Of a stretch of 64,000 nucleotides of DNA, positions 1 through 13,900 are shown in pieces. Within the stretch, counting starts at the first letter, position 1. Every line of letters starts with the position of its first letter. A program made the translations under genes and the position numbers. Source of the stretch: Haliotis cracherodii (Eukaryota). The notes beneath the pieces are model-generated. The model did not search any database. It was not told where the DNA came from and worked only from the letters and a program-made list of their open reading frames with translations. The DNA lies in contig NW_027266275.1 in the NCBI RefSeq assembly GCF_022045235.1, forward strand, positions 29,698,001-29,762,000. The letters are read 5' to 3'.

Positions 1-339
1 AACGATGTTGTTGTTCGGCCTGGTAGCCAAACTTCTCCAAGTCACACAATCAAGTGACAGCAAATTGTTGAAACGTTGCTATGGCACGGGGTCGTGTTTG
101 CGCACGCGTATTGATTACTTCCGTGACATAAAGGACTGGTTACGTTCTCTTGCATTGCGCTTTATAGACAGAACGCAGTTAACGCAAGACGGTACTGTTA
201 ATATGTGAAATTTAATTCAGTTACATGGTACATTAGATTACAGATAATTATAGTAATACAGACGTGTAACGTATTTAGAAATAACTATTACCCCTTAAAC
301 ACTTGCATACTACTCCACTTCACCACTTAGAACTTGCAT

Positions 340-562
340 GCTTGCCGTGACAGACGACTTTGCTTGTGGTTAGAGGCGACTAACGGGATCGGGTGGTTTG
401 GCTCGCTGACTTGATTGATGCATGTCATCGTATCCCTCGTAGGTCGATGCTCTGGATATTTATCCCTGGATTGTGTGGTCCAGACTCGATTCTTAAAGAT
501 TCTATCACATTCTATAGCTAGATTATTGCTGAGTGTCGAGTGAAACGAGAAACAAATAAACT
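340..562 (+). mobile_element. Dispersed SINE-like repeat family B (~240 bp)
   Basis: Core gaggcgactaacgggatcgggtgg...ctggattgt.tggtccagactcgatt...gctg.gtg...aaacaaa recurs at about 11 places in the window. Confidence 0.8.
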
Positions 563-1576
563 TACCACTTATTTCATCCGCGAGGGGTTTCAGAAATCAA
601 TATTATTACCCACAACAACATAAAGTTCCACTTAGATAAATATTATAACATGCTAGCCATTTTAGCTTACCAGTGCTAAACGAAGATCACGTGATTAATG
701 CGATGTGTTGGGATTGGCATTTGGTGAGATGTCAACGCATCTCAGACACTGCATATGATACATCATTTCAATGTAAACATATTCAGTATGAGGCACGTTG
801 TTACTATTAATCCCTATTTTTTAAACCAATAATTAATCTACTGATACCACAAAATGAATAATTGACAGGAAACATTCGATTTTATTATGTAAAGTTATTG
901 TTTATTTCATAAATAGTTACTGATATAAAACATTCGATTTCTAGATATCGATAGATGAATATATTGTGATAAACAATGTATTTGGTGTTATGTAATCATA
1001 TATTTTACAATATTAAAACGGATTCATAATGCTTGAAAATCTTAAGTATTTTTTGTCACAATTAAATTCCATCTTTGATATCACTAATTAATTTATTTAT
1101 ACCTTAAAAATATGTCTGACAACTGCATTTGGGGTATCAGTGATGGACTGACCACTCGAAAAAAATTATTGTCCCAGGAAATGCTTGAACAAAATCATGC
1201 TTCAGACAATTTGAAAAAGGAACTCCTTGCCACAAAAAGTACATTGTTGCAAGATATTGTTTAGTTGTGTTTTTCTTGTGTTTTTTAAAAAAAAAATTTA
1301 GGTACATAGTTTACTTTAAAAAAGGTCTGGTTTTGCAGCTGAAAACAAATCTAGTGGTCTCTCCACAAATACATTTATTGGTATCTAAAAAAATAGTTTA
1401 TGATAACAATAAATTGATTATATATAAAAAATCTCACCCGAGTGATTCTAGAGATATCAAGACGAATTGATGAAAGTTACAAATACCCAAGGTTTGATTT
1501 CAACGAGTCTTGATAGATTTGAGTTTGGAAGACATAGGGTACAGATTCTAGTTATCATCCCAAATCTATCTTGCTC

Positions 1577-2015
1577 CTGTTTCAGTTTGTAAACAGTACT
1601 AACCAGTGTCTTGAGCGTCAAAACTACAGCTGACCAGCTTCAGTGCCAAAGAGACTATTGGTGTCATATGATTGTGAAGTCATCGTAATCGATGACGCTA
1701 GAGTGGTCTGCAAAACACTGTGGTTTAATTTCATTTGGCGATATCTCACCCAAGCGATGTCTCCTGTGGAAGTTTTGGATGACAAATATCATTCTTCCAA
1801 CTTATTCTGTTTGTAAACATGCAATCAGTTCCTTTATATTGGTGTAAAAACTACAGCTTCAGTGGCAGAGATATTTTTATGTCATTTGATTGTGACGTCA
1901 TTGTAACAATGACGTCATAATGGCCTGCAAAGCATTGTGATGCAGTTTCATTGACGCGATATCGCCAAGGAGACATCCTTGATCTCACCGAGCGATTATC
2001 CTCTGATCCTGTGGA
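1577..2015. repeat. Two diverged tandem copies (~230 bp) of a dispersed repeat; third partial copy ~40040-40180
   Basis: Shared aaaactacagc...gtcat.tgattgtga.gtcat...tgg.ctgcaaa.ca.tgtg...atctcacc. Confidence 0.6.
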
Positions 2016-3294
2016 AAACAGTTTTGAATTATAAATGCATTTTACCTTCAGTGCCGATTGCCTACATGGTGTTTAATACATTTTCAGTGCACATTGCATA
2101 TAATGTGGCCATAATGTCCATTCTACATGGAAATGAACTTGTCCATTCAGAGTATACTCAAACATAAGAAGAGTGTCACTCATGCATGTAATACATTCAT
2201 GTGAAAGTAAATCATATTGTCACTTGATCTATTAAAAATATCCAATAATTCAATAATATGAAGTGGTGTGTACGTTGAGATACATATTTTACGAGAGCTC
2301 CTATATATTTTCTAGGGTTAAAAACATACATTTATAACTTCGCTCGCTGCAGGTTCGGTAAGATTACCGAGTGACCCTCAACATATACAATACACAGAAG
2401 AAGCCTCACAATACTATAGTCAACATGTCATGCCATAAGGGATTAACTATATTCATGTGAAAACAGCGAGTGTTCTTTAACTTCTTTTGAGTAGTATATA
2501 TTGTAATCTCTTCTTCTCATATGTTTTGATAACGTTTGGACTTGTTTCACTTGATGTCTTTTGCGTTTCTTTTCATCTTTAGTACTGTTCCTTTTTTACC
2601 GATGAGAATCCAGAGACAAAAATAAAAACAACAGGGACATGTCGTTTGTCATAAGTCTTTTTTTCTTTTTGTTGGGTTTTATGTGGATTGGGATGGGGTT
2701 CAGGGGGAATCAGGGGAGGGTCACCAACAAATATGGCAGCCTCTAGAGGAGGGTTATAAAACATAATACACTTATTTGTGGAAGGACATAAAGAATGGAC
2801 AGTTTATATGTGCACTTTGTATTTTCAGCTGAGTGTTTTCATAGTAAAGGTGTACAATACATGGGAAGGGTCATACGAAAATATGACAAGCATTAAGGGA
2901 GGGTAAATATTTTCAGTACATTAACGCATACAAAACCTGTGAATTACATTCATCTTCACAGATGTTTTGATAACAAGATTGATTAGCAAAATGCATGATG
3001 ACGTGAGATTCCGATTGGCACTTTGGAACCACCATGAAAACGTCTCTTGAACAAAACAAGTATCTTGAAGGCTGACGTGCTAGACTAACACTTCGTCTTT
3101 GAAAACATTTCTTCAAAATAATTGTATTTATTTTATTATTTTTTCAAAAGAGGCCTTCCTCCTCTACTGTTTTGCGTAATCAAGAAACTAGACTTGGCTT
3201 AGTTTGATCTAGACTTGCCTTGGCTTTTAGTATAAAAGCAGAGGAGGAAAGGTCCTTTTGAAAAAAAAGCACCAAACAATTATTCCAAAGAAAC

Positions 3295-3298
<4 letters not shown>

Positions 3299-3377
<79 letters not shown>
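3299..3377. repeat. (TA)n microsatellite (~35 units) plus short (TG)n
   Basis: Direct reading; it explains the IYIYIY ORFs. Confidence 0.97.
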
Positions 3378-3692
3378 ATCCACAGTGCCCACACAAACAC
3401 CTCTTTACCCTGACCAAGGTCCGAATGCGAGTGCAAAAAGTCTTGAGAGAAACAAGCTGGCACCGCTCCTTAAATTCTTGAAGCTCGACCATACTCACTG
3501 CGTACGTTGTTAGTACTCCTTGTGTGCTGCAGGACTTCTGTTTTCTAACATCTAGTTGCTGAAAGGAATATATTTGAAAGAAAAAGAAACACTTGTTAAT
3601 TAATCTTAATATAATATGATAAAAAGAGACAACTATTATAAGCTTAAGTAGGATTATTGGATGTATATGTTTCAGGGTCTGTACGTATGATT

Positions 3693-3925
3693 TGTTATTG
3701 TTCTCGCACTCAGCAATATTCCAGCTATATGACGGCGGTCTGTAAATAATCGAGTCTGGACCAGGCTATCCAGTGATTAATATCGTTCATGAGCATCGAT
3801 CCACGCATTTGGGATCGATGATTTGCATCAACCAAGTCAGCGAGACTGACCATCCGATCCCGTTAGTCGCCTTATACGACAAGCATAGTCGCCTTTTACG
3901 GCAAGCATGAGTTGCTGAAGATCTA
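3693..3925 (-). mobile_element. SINE-like family B copy
   Basis: Reverse complement of the 43770-44000 copy. Confidence 0.85.
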
Positions 3926-4804
3926 TTGAATTTTGTATGACAGACCAGGGCTAATAGCTGACACAAAACTAAATATGTAAGCAGTGAGGAATACGGTATT
4001 CGGTATATTACTATGTCCATCCTCATGGTTTATTCTCTCTGCAGTGATTTATTGTAAGATATACAACTCCCATCCGTCGTTTATTTGTTAAATATAAGAA
4101 CTCATGATGTGACAAGTTAGTTATCAGGTGATAAGAGAGGATTTTATGCAAGCGGTTATATTGTTGCAAACGTGCAGTGAATAAAAAGTAAAAGATCTAA
4201 TTGTGTCAATACTATTCGGGTAAAACGTAGAAAGAAGGAAGTGTATCCTGTTAGTATTTTCATCTTTGTAATATCCGAGAGAACGACATGCGTCATCCGG
4301 GATATTGCTCGATATTTGTAACAACATGACTGAACGAAGCTGGGTCACACACATGGAAAGCCGGGCCTCCTTTGTGTGCAGCCCACTAACTGGACAAGCA
4401 TGTAACATTTCTAGAGATCGCCCAACCCTTGATTTCTAAGGGAGGCTGTATATGATTTACCACTAGGATTTTACATTAAAAATACATATTGCATTATTAT
4501 TTTGTTGAATACTGTAGTTGTTACAGTACTATTCATTCACTCGTCTGGAATGACTCATGATCCTTGTGAAAAGATTCAATAATTTATGCTATATTTCATC
4601 CGGGTTCTATTTTATATGCGTGCTTAATCACGTTTACCAGAGCAGACGTGCAAGAACAATATGCTATGTGGATATATGTAAAGTTGAAACGGTTGTCCGC
4701 CTCATCTATGCGTGTCATTCATGCCGGTGAAATATGTGATAAAATTTCTGTTGCCCTGGTAAAAGCAAGATCCACGAGGAGCTGGTTAGATATCATGTGA
4801 TCAC

Positions 4805-4855
4805 ACCAGCCAATCGGAGCCGCATACATAAGTCACGTGGACATGACCTTGGACA
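4805..4855 (+). promoter_or_regulatory. hnRNP gene proximal promoter
   Basis: CCAAT box (agccaatc ~4809), E-box gtcacgtgg (~4832) and nuclear-receptor half site tgaccttg (~4844), 70-115 bp upstream of the ATG in CpG-richer DNA. YY1-like atatggcggc in intron 1 (~5269). Confidence 0.5.
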
Positions 4856-4922
4856 AAGCCTTGCGCGCCTGTCTGCAGCCTTTACCACACAGGATCTAGT
4901 AGTGTTAAAATCATTCGTCACA

Positions 4923-7900
4923 ATGGCAGAAGGAGAGGCATACAGTCAGCAGGATTATTCGAATTTTGATGGTCAAAATGGGGACCAGTATGAAGAAAGT
5001 TCAGGGGCATATGTACAAGAAAAAATGGAAGGCCAGGAAACAACAGAAGATCAAGGCTCCGGCGATGATGAATCTAAAGACGATGGGAACGAAGACGCAA
5101 GGTTCGTTGTTTATTTGATTTGCCGCATTATCAAAACCCGAAATTACATTTTAACCAAGTTCGCTTTGCTTGTGGTGTTGTATTTCGTGTAAGATTGCTT
5201 GATCGCACCTCTCTGGCCGTTTTAAGAACGGAGCCGGTCCGATCTCGCTCTAGACAACTGGCGTCCAATATGGCGGCCGGCTTTGCCATGTGCTTTCATT
5301 GTCGCAAACTGCTGACCTACTTTTTGAGTTGAATTTGCTAGCAGTAAATGCTCAGTCATGTAGTGCAGGAACAACACTACTGCTTAAAATACAACTCCAG
5401 TGAAACGGATTTTTATGAAATAAGGTGATATAGATCTACATTTAACATGGCAAATGCAACCACTTCGTTATCGACAAGACTAGGCTATTGCGTTCTAGGC
5501 CACCGGGGTTGTTTTTCATTTCATGCACATTATGTAAGCGTATTGGTTGGTATGCGCTTTAACAATCGTGGTACACAGTTACCCAATTGTAATAGGTTAA
5601 CCGTACTTGCGACAATGATCTGTTTTGAAACATAATTTTCGTAAAGACATTTTTGCAGCTAGCCTAGAATGTTCCAACTGATGAAGGCGTGCTATCTCTG
5701 AATGGGATAGTATGTATCTAGGCCTAATCTCTGAATGGATTAGACTAGGCTAACCTCTTATCTAAGACCTGCTAATGTTCGGTTGTAGCTGTACAGTAAT
5801 GCCTCAAAATTGAAAAATTATTAGAATGTTCAGTAGTAAAATGTTTTTTTTGGTTTTTTTAAAGTTTTTTTTGCGTTTCACAGATTTGGGGGGGGGGGGG
5901 GGGGGAACAAAACCCATCAGTAACCTGGGATATCATATTGTGATCAAAAGCTATTTGTGTGCCTTTAAATGCTGTGTAAGGGGCACGGGTGGCCCAGTTG
6001 TCTAAAGGTGCTGCGATTCGCTGTGCAGAGTTGCGTCCCTTGGGCACGCTAGAAACCTTTGATTGTGGGTTTGAATCCCGGGTTGCCCTGATTATGCCCA
6101 GACATACATCCCCTCGGGCTTTTCTCCCACATTAAGCTGACACGCCATGATATAACCGCTAAAAGCGGCGTTAAACCCAACTCGCTGAGTGCTGGATAAT
6201 AATTCATTGCCTGATCCCTATCTAAGCATAAGTTTCTTAAAAGATATAAGCATACTCTAAGATTGTTACTGGTTCAGGTGGAATGCGATGATTCAGTCAG
6301 TAGCTAACACTTTTGAGTCTACACTAGGTGAACATGGCACTTGTCCCCAAATAAGTTTGAATAAACACAAGCAGTCTGGAACTTAAGCCACTAGTCACAA
6401 GCCAAAGTCTGGTAAGATCAACTAACAGTCCTTACATAACACTAAAATGTACTAAAAGGTATGCTCTACTCCAAGATTGGGCTAGTTTACCCTGAGGTTT
6501 TTGGCACAAACTATACACTCGGCTAGTTTGAAATGAGCTGTGTTCAGAATGACATGATTTAACCAAAGTCTTTAGTCTGAATTTGAAATTTATCGTTCTC
6601 AAGGATGCCATCCATTCCTGTCATTTGATAGGCTGCCTTGAGCCACATGCTTGAATTTGGTCAATCCTCATATGTAGATTGCAACAAACAGCTTCATTAG
6701 ATACCAATTTGTATCCAAATACCCAAAATAAATAACAATCTTTGGACATGTTACTCGACAATACTCGTACAAAGCTTCGACGAAAATGGAGATATTTCCG
6801 GGCATCTTATGCTACTGGCCGTAAAGGCACAACTATTGGGAAATGTGTAATGGTAGATTTGAATTAAATTTTAAAAAAAACCGATTTCTGATAAATGGAA
6901 CAATGACAATAAAAAGGTATGTTGATATGAAATCTTTACAATTGCCGAAATTTACCAGTGTTTGCTTCCGTGGTACATAATCTGGTCATTATGATTATTT
7001 TTTTTGTTAAAAAGAAACTTATAAGATACTTATACTTTTATGTGATTGACATAACTCATATATATAAACAGTAGGGTTAGACCTTTCAAATGGTATTTGA
7101 CATGTGGTTGAAAAATTATTTATAAGTTGATAATTTCCCTGATCAATGTAGGCTTCCCCTTTCACCCGAGTCTATTTGGTGACCAATTTGGTTTTCACTG
7201 TCTGAATTTTAGTTATGGCAGCCATGTAATTTGTGTATACTATGCACATCCACCATTAGACAGCCTTTCACTTTAGAGGTTATTATTCTCTCTGAAGCAG
7301 ACACATGTGTATACATTTTGCTCCTGTGATAAACCTGTAAATCAGTCAAAAGGTATCCGAGCATAACTGAAATCAATTTGAATGGAATTATCGGGGGAAA
7401 TTTAATCTGAAACTATGGTGCTAGGAATAAATTATTCTTAGTTGGTGTCTTCACAATAAATGTTAAAGAAAAAAATAGTTTTATTGGCAATCAACCAATT
7501 AGCAATTTCAGATTTCAAATGGGGAAAATTTGAATTCGATTGATTATCAATTGATCCGAGAGACTTGATTATCTATATTAATATGTAAAGCAATAACCAG
7601 CACCACTGATGATACCCCATATTTCTTGGAAAAATTGTGTGTTAAGTTTAGAACTTAACGTTAGCCTGGGGCTACTACCCCCTAGTGCAAATTTCTGTGG
7701 GCTAGTACAAATTACCCAATAAAGCTTTTGAGTTAAAAGTTCCAACCCTGCACATGATGAAAATTTGGTATGTGAATGCGTTTGTCGTGGGCTCCCACAT
7801 GTTCTGTTTTCAGCTTTTTTTTAATACTTTGTTCATGCTCCTAAATTCTTCCAAGTGTGACTGAATTATTCAAGAGGTTCTAATCTTGATTTTTTTAGGT

Positions 7901-10900
7901 GTAGAATTTAGGGTTCTGAGTGATTATTAAAGTCAGGTCTAAATGGAATGGTAATTTGTATGATAGTTCTGCTTTGTGTACTTAAAGGTGTTGGCATGAC
8001 AAGTTTGTAAGAGTTGGCACACACCACATTTACAGCTAGAAATAATAATTATCAGTTATTTACTGGGCAATATTGGGTTTTATGCAATATCAGTTTGTTG
8101 GGACAATAAAACATGATTGCCCAAATTGTGGTCAATAGTAGTTTTATTACATAATTAAAAGTTTTTCGAATTTCTAGAATAATTGAATCAGAAGCCACAA
8201 GAAATCTCGAGGTGATGCACAACATGTTACGCATTACGCTATGGTTGATTGAAAATATTTCTTTGTTCAGTCCATTGGCTTAATCACGCAGGGCAATATC
8301 ACTTTTGATCACTGCCTGGCAGGGTGATACAGGTCAAGCATGATTACGTATGGCTGTCTCGGGTAACTGGGACCACTATTTTAGTAATATGCCAAGTTTG
8401 TACAGTCATTAGTCTGTATCATTACCCTAAATTTTAACATATCTTCTGGACATTTAAATGTCAAAGACAGACTGATCTGAGACTATTCTATTGTCAGTTT
8501 GTAATATTCACTATTTCTTCTTCTTTTTTTTCAGAAAAATATTTGTGGGCGGATTGAGTTGGGAAACCACATCAAGTAAGTTACCAGTGGATGTTTGAAG
8601 GCATTAAGTCAATTTTTCATATGTTATAAGCAAGTTGCAAGAAGATTCCTGTACCACATTAACATTAATAGTATTTATTTAATATCATAACATCCAATGT
8701 TATTTTGTAAAGTGTTATTAACTGTATTCATTAGCATGGACTATATCTTTAAATTTTTCTTTTGCAGAGGATTTAAAAGATTATTTTACAAAGTTCGGGG
8801 AAGTCGTCAGTTGCACATTGAAGACAGATCTAGAGACAAAACGATCCAGAGGTTTTGGATTTGTTGTGTTCAAGGATATAGATTGTTTAGAAAAGGTAAG
8901 TGTCAGCAATTTTGAAAACACATTTTTGGCCACTGTTCAGTAGACAATATAGACTCTTTTGCGATGGTAACCCACACTAGTGTGATAGTATTAAACCAAC
9001 TTTAAGGTTTGATAACTAGATTTTACCAATGTTATGGAAATGAATAAAGTATTGACGTTGTCAAAGTCAGTCATTTTCCTCCCTGTCGTCACTCCAACCA
9101 AAGAGAGGTAACTCTAATCTGAAATTTGGCTTTAAAACTGACTTTTCTGACACAATTGTTATTTTAAGCTATTTGCGACTTTTGAAACTCAATTCTGAAT
9201 ACCATCGACAATAAGACATTTTTACATTCTTATCAAGTACACTTGTAATGCAAACAATTGCAACACATCAGTAGTTCCATATATATCATATCACTCCAAC
9301 TGTTTTGTCATTTCTGCTCAATTTACTTGTCACCTGAAATTGTCACTGAGGGTGAGCACTGGCATGTAATTTTCTCCTTATACATAGTTTTTTCAAGTCT
9401 TTAGGATTTTAGTGGGTATTTTAAAAAAAAAGCTTAGTCTGGCGTTAGAACATTATGGCTCAGACATGAAACTTTGAAGTAAATTTCAATGTACTCTTGC
9501 GACAATGTTCTAAAATTGTACTGTAATTCAGATTTAGAAACATTGTGGAAATTTAGTTATTTGTGCAGAGAAAAATTCAGAGCATTGTTGACGGCAACTA
9601 GAAATTTTGGATTTGACTACACATGCAGGTGTTGAGCTAATATGCTTAGGCACTTCTTGAATGAATTCAATCCTGATTGCAAGTGTATCGCCAAGTTGTG
9701 GTGTTCTGATTAACATCAAAGATTGATAAATCCTGGTCCAAACAATCAATAGAACATGATATTCCATAATCCAACAAGCAATTTTTACCCCTCTCAACCC
9801 TGAGATAGTTTTGTATCTTACTTCAATAACATAGAAAAAAAGTGAATTAAGTGAGGTCAGGCTAGAGTTTTGAAATTGCAGAAGTATATGTGTGTTTGGT
9901 GTGATAAAAATAACAAAATTATACTCACAAACGAATTACATTCACTATTTTACAAACCAATTCACAACTGATGTCATACTGATGTGCACAAGTATATTCT
10001 GCTTTGCTCCAAGGAGCAGCATGAAGCAGTGTGGATATTTTATTCTTATTTACTTCTTTTTTTACAGGCACTTATGGAGTCAGAACACAAACTTCATGGG
10101 AGAAATATTGACCCAAAGAAAGCAAATCCAAGGGCAAAGGCAAATAAAATATTTGTGGGAAGATTAGATCCAGCAGTTAAAGAGGATGACATCAAAGCAT
10201 ACTTTTCAAAGTTTGGAGAAGTAAGTTCATAATTTGTCTTCGAAAATATTTTTGACCCACTGAATCTGCTTTGTGGATGAAGTATCCACCAGGTGGGTAG
10301 AAACTTTCAATCTTAGTCACAGGGATGCAACTCTTGCCTGAATTTGACAGACAAGACACCCTGCAGTTGAAGATATGCAGGAGATAATATCCCATCATAA
10401 CCCTTGAATTTCTTTGTCATGTCAAAATCCTCAAGGCCCATTCCCTGATAAAGATTGTTTATGTTCTAACTGAAGAGGATAATGATTACTTTTGGATTGG
10501 TCTTAGTCATATGCATTAAGGGTGAATGCATTCTTTCTTATTGATGTATCTATTGCTATGGGCATTTCTTAAAGGTAGCTGGATGCATAGGTCTTGCGGT
10601 TTTAAGTTGATGTGCATTTTCCCAAACAGAAGGGAAAGATCTGTGAGGTCAGCTGTTTCGAGACATGGTTCCTGACACATATTTCTGGTGGGAAGGTATA
10701 GGACATTCCAGCGTTAGAAATTTGCACTAGACCTATAGTCCTTACCAAAATCGCCAATGGTAAAGGTATATCCTAAGGACTAGTAGAAATTTGCCCATTT
10801 TCAGGGTTTTGCTATATATTATCATTAAAAGGACCAGTGGACAAAAACTGTTTCTAACCCTGCATTCAGGAAAAGGTTTGGATGGACCTGGTTTTGATTT

Positions 10901-13900
10901 TACCTGAAGTGCAAACGCTTTTCTAGTGTTTATTAAAGATGTACGGCTAAGAAATCAGTCTCTTTTTTTTTACATAGGTTGCAAAATTGGATCTGCCATA
11001 CGACAAGATCAAAGAACAGAGGAGAGCCTTCTGCTTTGTTGAGTTTGATACAGAAGAGGCCCTTAAGCATTGCTTAGAAACAAATAAACACAAGATCGGA
11101 GATCAAGAGGTAAGGGTTCAGAAGAATTACATTCTTATGTCTTAAGTACTTTTTTTTAATAAACAGTCTATTTTCTATTACAGGTAAATGGCAAATTCAT
11201 CTTAGATCTTCATTTCATCTTTCCTCCCATTGTTCATTAGAATTTAAAAAAAAGGGAAGACAATGGTATCGAGTTCCGGTTGGATGAAAAAGATCAAGTA
11301 ACAGATTTGCCTTGCCTTCAGTTTTATGTGTAAAGGGTAAGACTGCTGCTTGGCAGTGTGTGTAATAGTAAGTGGTAAAGGCTCAAATAGTGATAGAGGT
11401 ACCCAAATCTGACGATACCACTAAATGATCCTCGTTTTGTTCCGCTTTCCTGCAGGCGATGGAATTGGTGGGACAAAGGAGCCGAAATATTGCCAGTTGA
11501 GGTCTGATTCAGAGAGGTACCTCCGCATGTAACTCTCGCGGCAATGATAAATGTAAACTTGTTAAGCTGATTTTAGTTTACATTTATCGCCAGTTAAATA
11601 TAGTTTAACCGCCCATCATTTGTGTTAAATTAATTATTTAATTGCATATTTTCCTTAATTTTTCAACAGGCTTCTTGACAGGGAAGTAATCTACAGTTTC
11701 ATTTGCAGTATATTTGCTGGTTTTCAGGTTTGATAATTCAGTTTAATTTCATCTTTAATGATGGGCTTTTTCATTCCCCATCCCCTTTTGTCTTTAATCC
11801 TAACTGGTTAGCTGTGTTGGGGACTTTGGTGAATGTATTTCTTGTAAGCTGTGAGATTCTTTTTCAGGTGGATATCAAGCGTGCAACACCGACTGCTGGC
11901 AGGGGCAGAGGAGGCAGAGGCGGCTACGGAGGTGGGTGGGGATTTGGAGGCCGTGGAGGTGGCAGAGGTAGGGGACGATGTGAGCTGCATGGCCTGATGA
12001 AATAGTGGCTCCAGTAAAGGCACTACACTTTATCCAGTCATTGTACTCCTTTTCAAACGAAACACTCTAGAAGTCACAAATTTTGTAATCATCCATTTTT
12101 CTTGTTTCAGTAGACTTTTATTCTTAAATACATTGTGTATATGCTATTTAAAAAAAAAATAATCCCCCCTTATAATTAGCAAACTGCTTCCAAATTGTAC
12201 TTGTCGAGTCTGACAATTGTTTGTTGAAAAACACATTACAAACATTGAACATATGCCTGCAAACATACATATATATTTTTTAAAGTTGGATAATGTTCCT
12301 TATTAAAGTTACATTCTACCTCATACACATAAGAGTACAAAAATGGCATGGGTAAGTGTTGGTACCTGTTTATTTGATGGGCAATTTTGGACCAAATGCA
12401 TGTTAAATTGAAAAGTAAAGCCAGATCTTTATAAAAAATTGAGGAAATTTTGCATGTGCTGTTTGTGCAAAAAACATTGAAACAAACTGGTTTCTGTTGT
12501 GAAATTGTTTGCCATGTCAGGCCATTGTCTGCTCTGTGTCGTGTCTTGCCTTGTCATTGAGTGTCTGAATGTTCCCAATATTTACTTATGCATGGTGCAC
12601 AATAGGTAAATGTGCTGCCATACAAACAGCTCAGACGAGCCAAACCTGTGGAATGTTTGCAGCATCACTGAATTGAGGCTGAGTATGGTACATTGTATTT
12701 TATGTATTTTTGCCTTTGTGATTTTACACCCATTATTGTAATCTAGTTCATTAGCAAATACAATCAAAGTAAATGATAGTTGCTGTCCTTGCAGTCTGCT
12801 TTATTTCAGGCATGTGAATAGCATTCAGAGGGCCAGCTGGTCCTGACACAAGGACCATCGGAATTCACATTTGTCGTGATGTCCTTGAGCAATTTTTGTT
12901 TAACAATATATTGTAGTATTATGAAAAAAATGTTATGTATCTTCTTGTAAATAACCTGATAATCTTGTAGGGGCTCGTATGGTGTTAATTGAAAATTCCT
13001 TGTTACTTACTTAAACAAAGTTGGGATTTTCTGTGGTCGAAAATGTGAAAAACTTCAACGTGAAAGCAATAATTTTTAAAGTAAAGCTGCTCAGACAGTT
13101 AACATGGTGCCAACTACGAGTCCTGTCAGTTGATTCCTACCTTCATGATTGCATTGAATCTTCAGGTGGCTGGGGACAAGGCTGGCATCAGGCCTACAAT
13201 CAGAACTACAACAACTACAATAACTACTACGGTAGTGGCTATGGTAGTGGCTATGGAGGATACGGTGGCTATGGTGGCTACCAGGGATATGATTACAACC
13301 AGGGATATGGCCCATGGGGAGGATATGATCAATATGGTGGATATGGAGGATACGGTGGTAAGTCTAATCTCGGCTTTATTTGAAGCAACATGTCCAATGA
13401 TCTGACGGAATCCATGCCATCAATCTGGTAGCCCTGTTTTTGCAACTTCGATTTTGATTTGAGAAACGTTTCCTAGAGAAATTTTAACTTTACACAAGAT
13501 TAATCATGAAATAATGTTAAAGTTCAATTATTTAATTAGAGAATTTGTTTGGTTTGCAGCTTAACATTAAGTGCCACTTCGAATTGTTGAATCTACAGAA
13601 TTCTGGATTATTTTTTGTGTGTGGAAAGTTCAATGCCCATCTGAATTTTGTCTGGCTACATGGTGGAGGTCATGAGTGAAATTATAAGGAATAGGCATGG
13701 TATCATGGCATGTTAGTGTGCTTTTAGACAATGGCAATATCTACCTCTCAGGATACAACTAATACCGCTTAGTGGAGTTGGGGAAATATTGAACTTAATG
13801 GATTATCTTTCCTGTGAAATCTACAGTCATGACTAATACATGCAAAACAAATATTAACCCCTGTTTATGACACACCTTCATTACAGACATGTTACATCCT

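Noticed and set aside
3180-3498. IYIYIY ORFs
   Set aside because: Translation of the (TA)n microsatellite.
4797-4922. N-terminal extension of the hnRNP ORF from a GTG start
   Set aside because: Non-ATG start lying over promoter motifs; ATG 4923 has good Kozak context (acaATGG).
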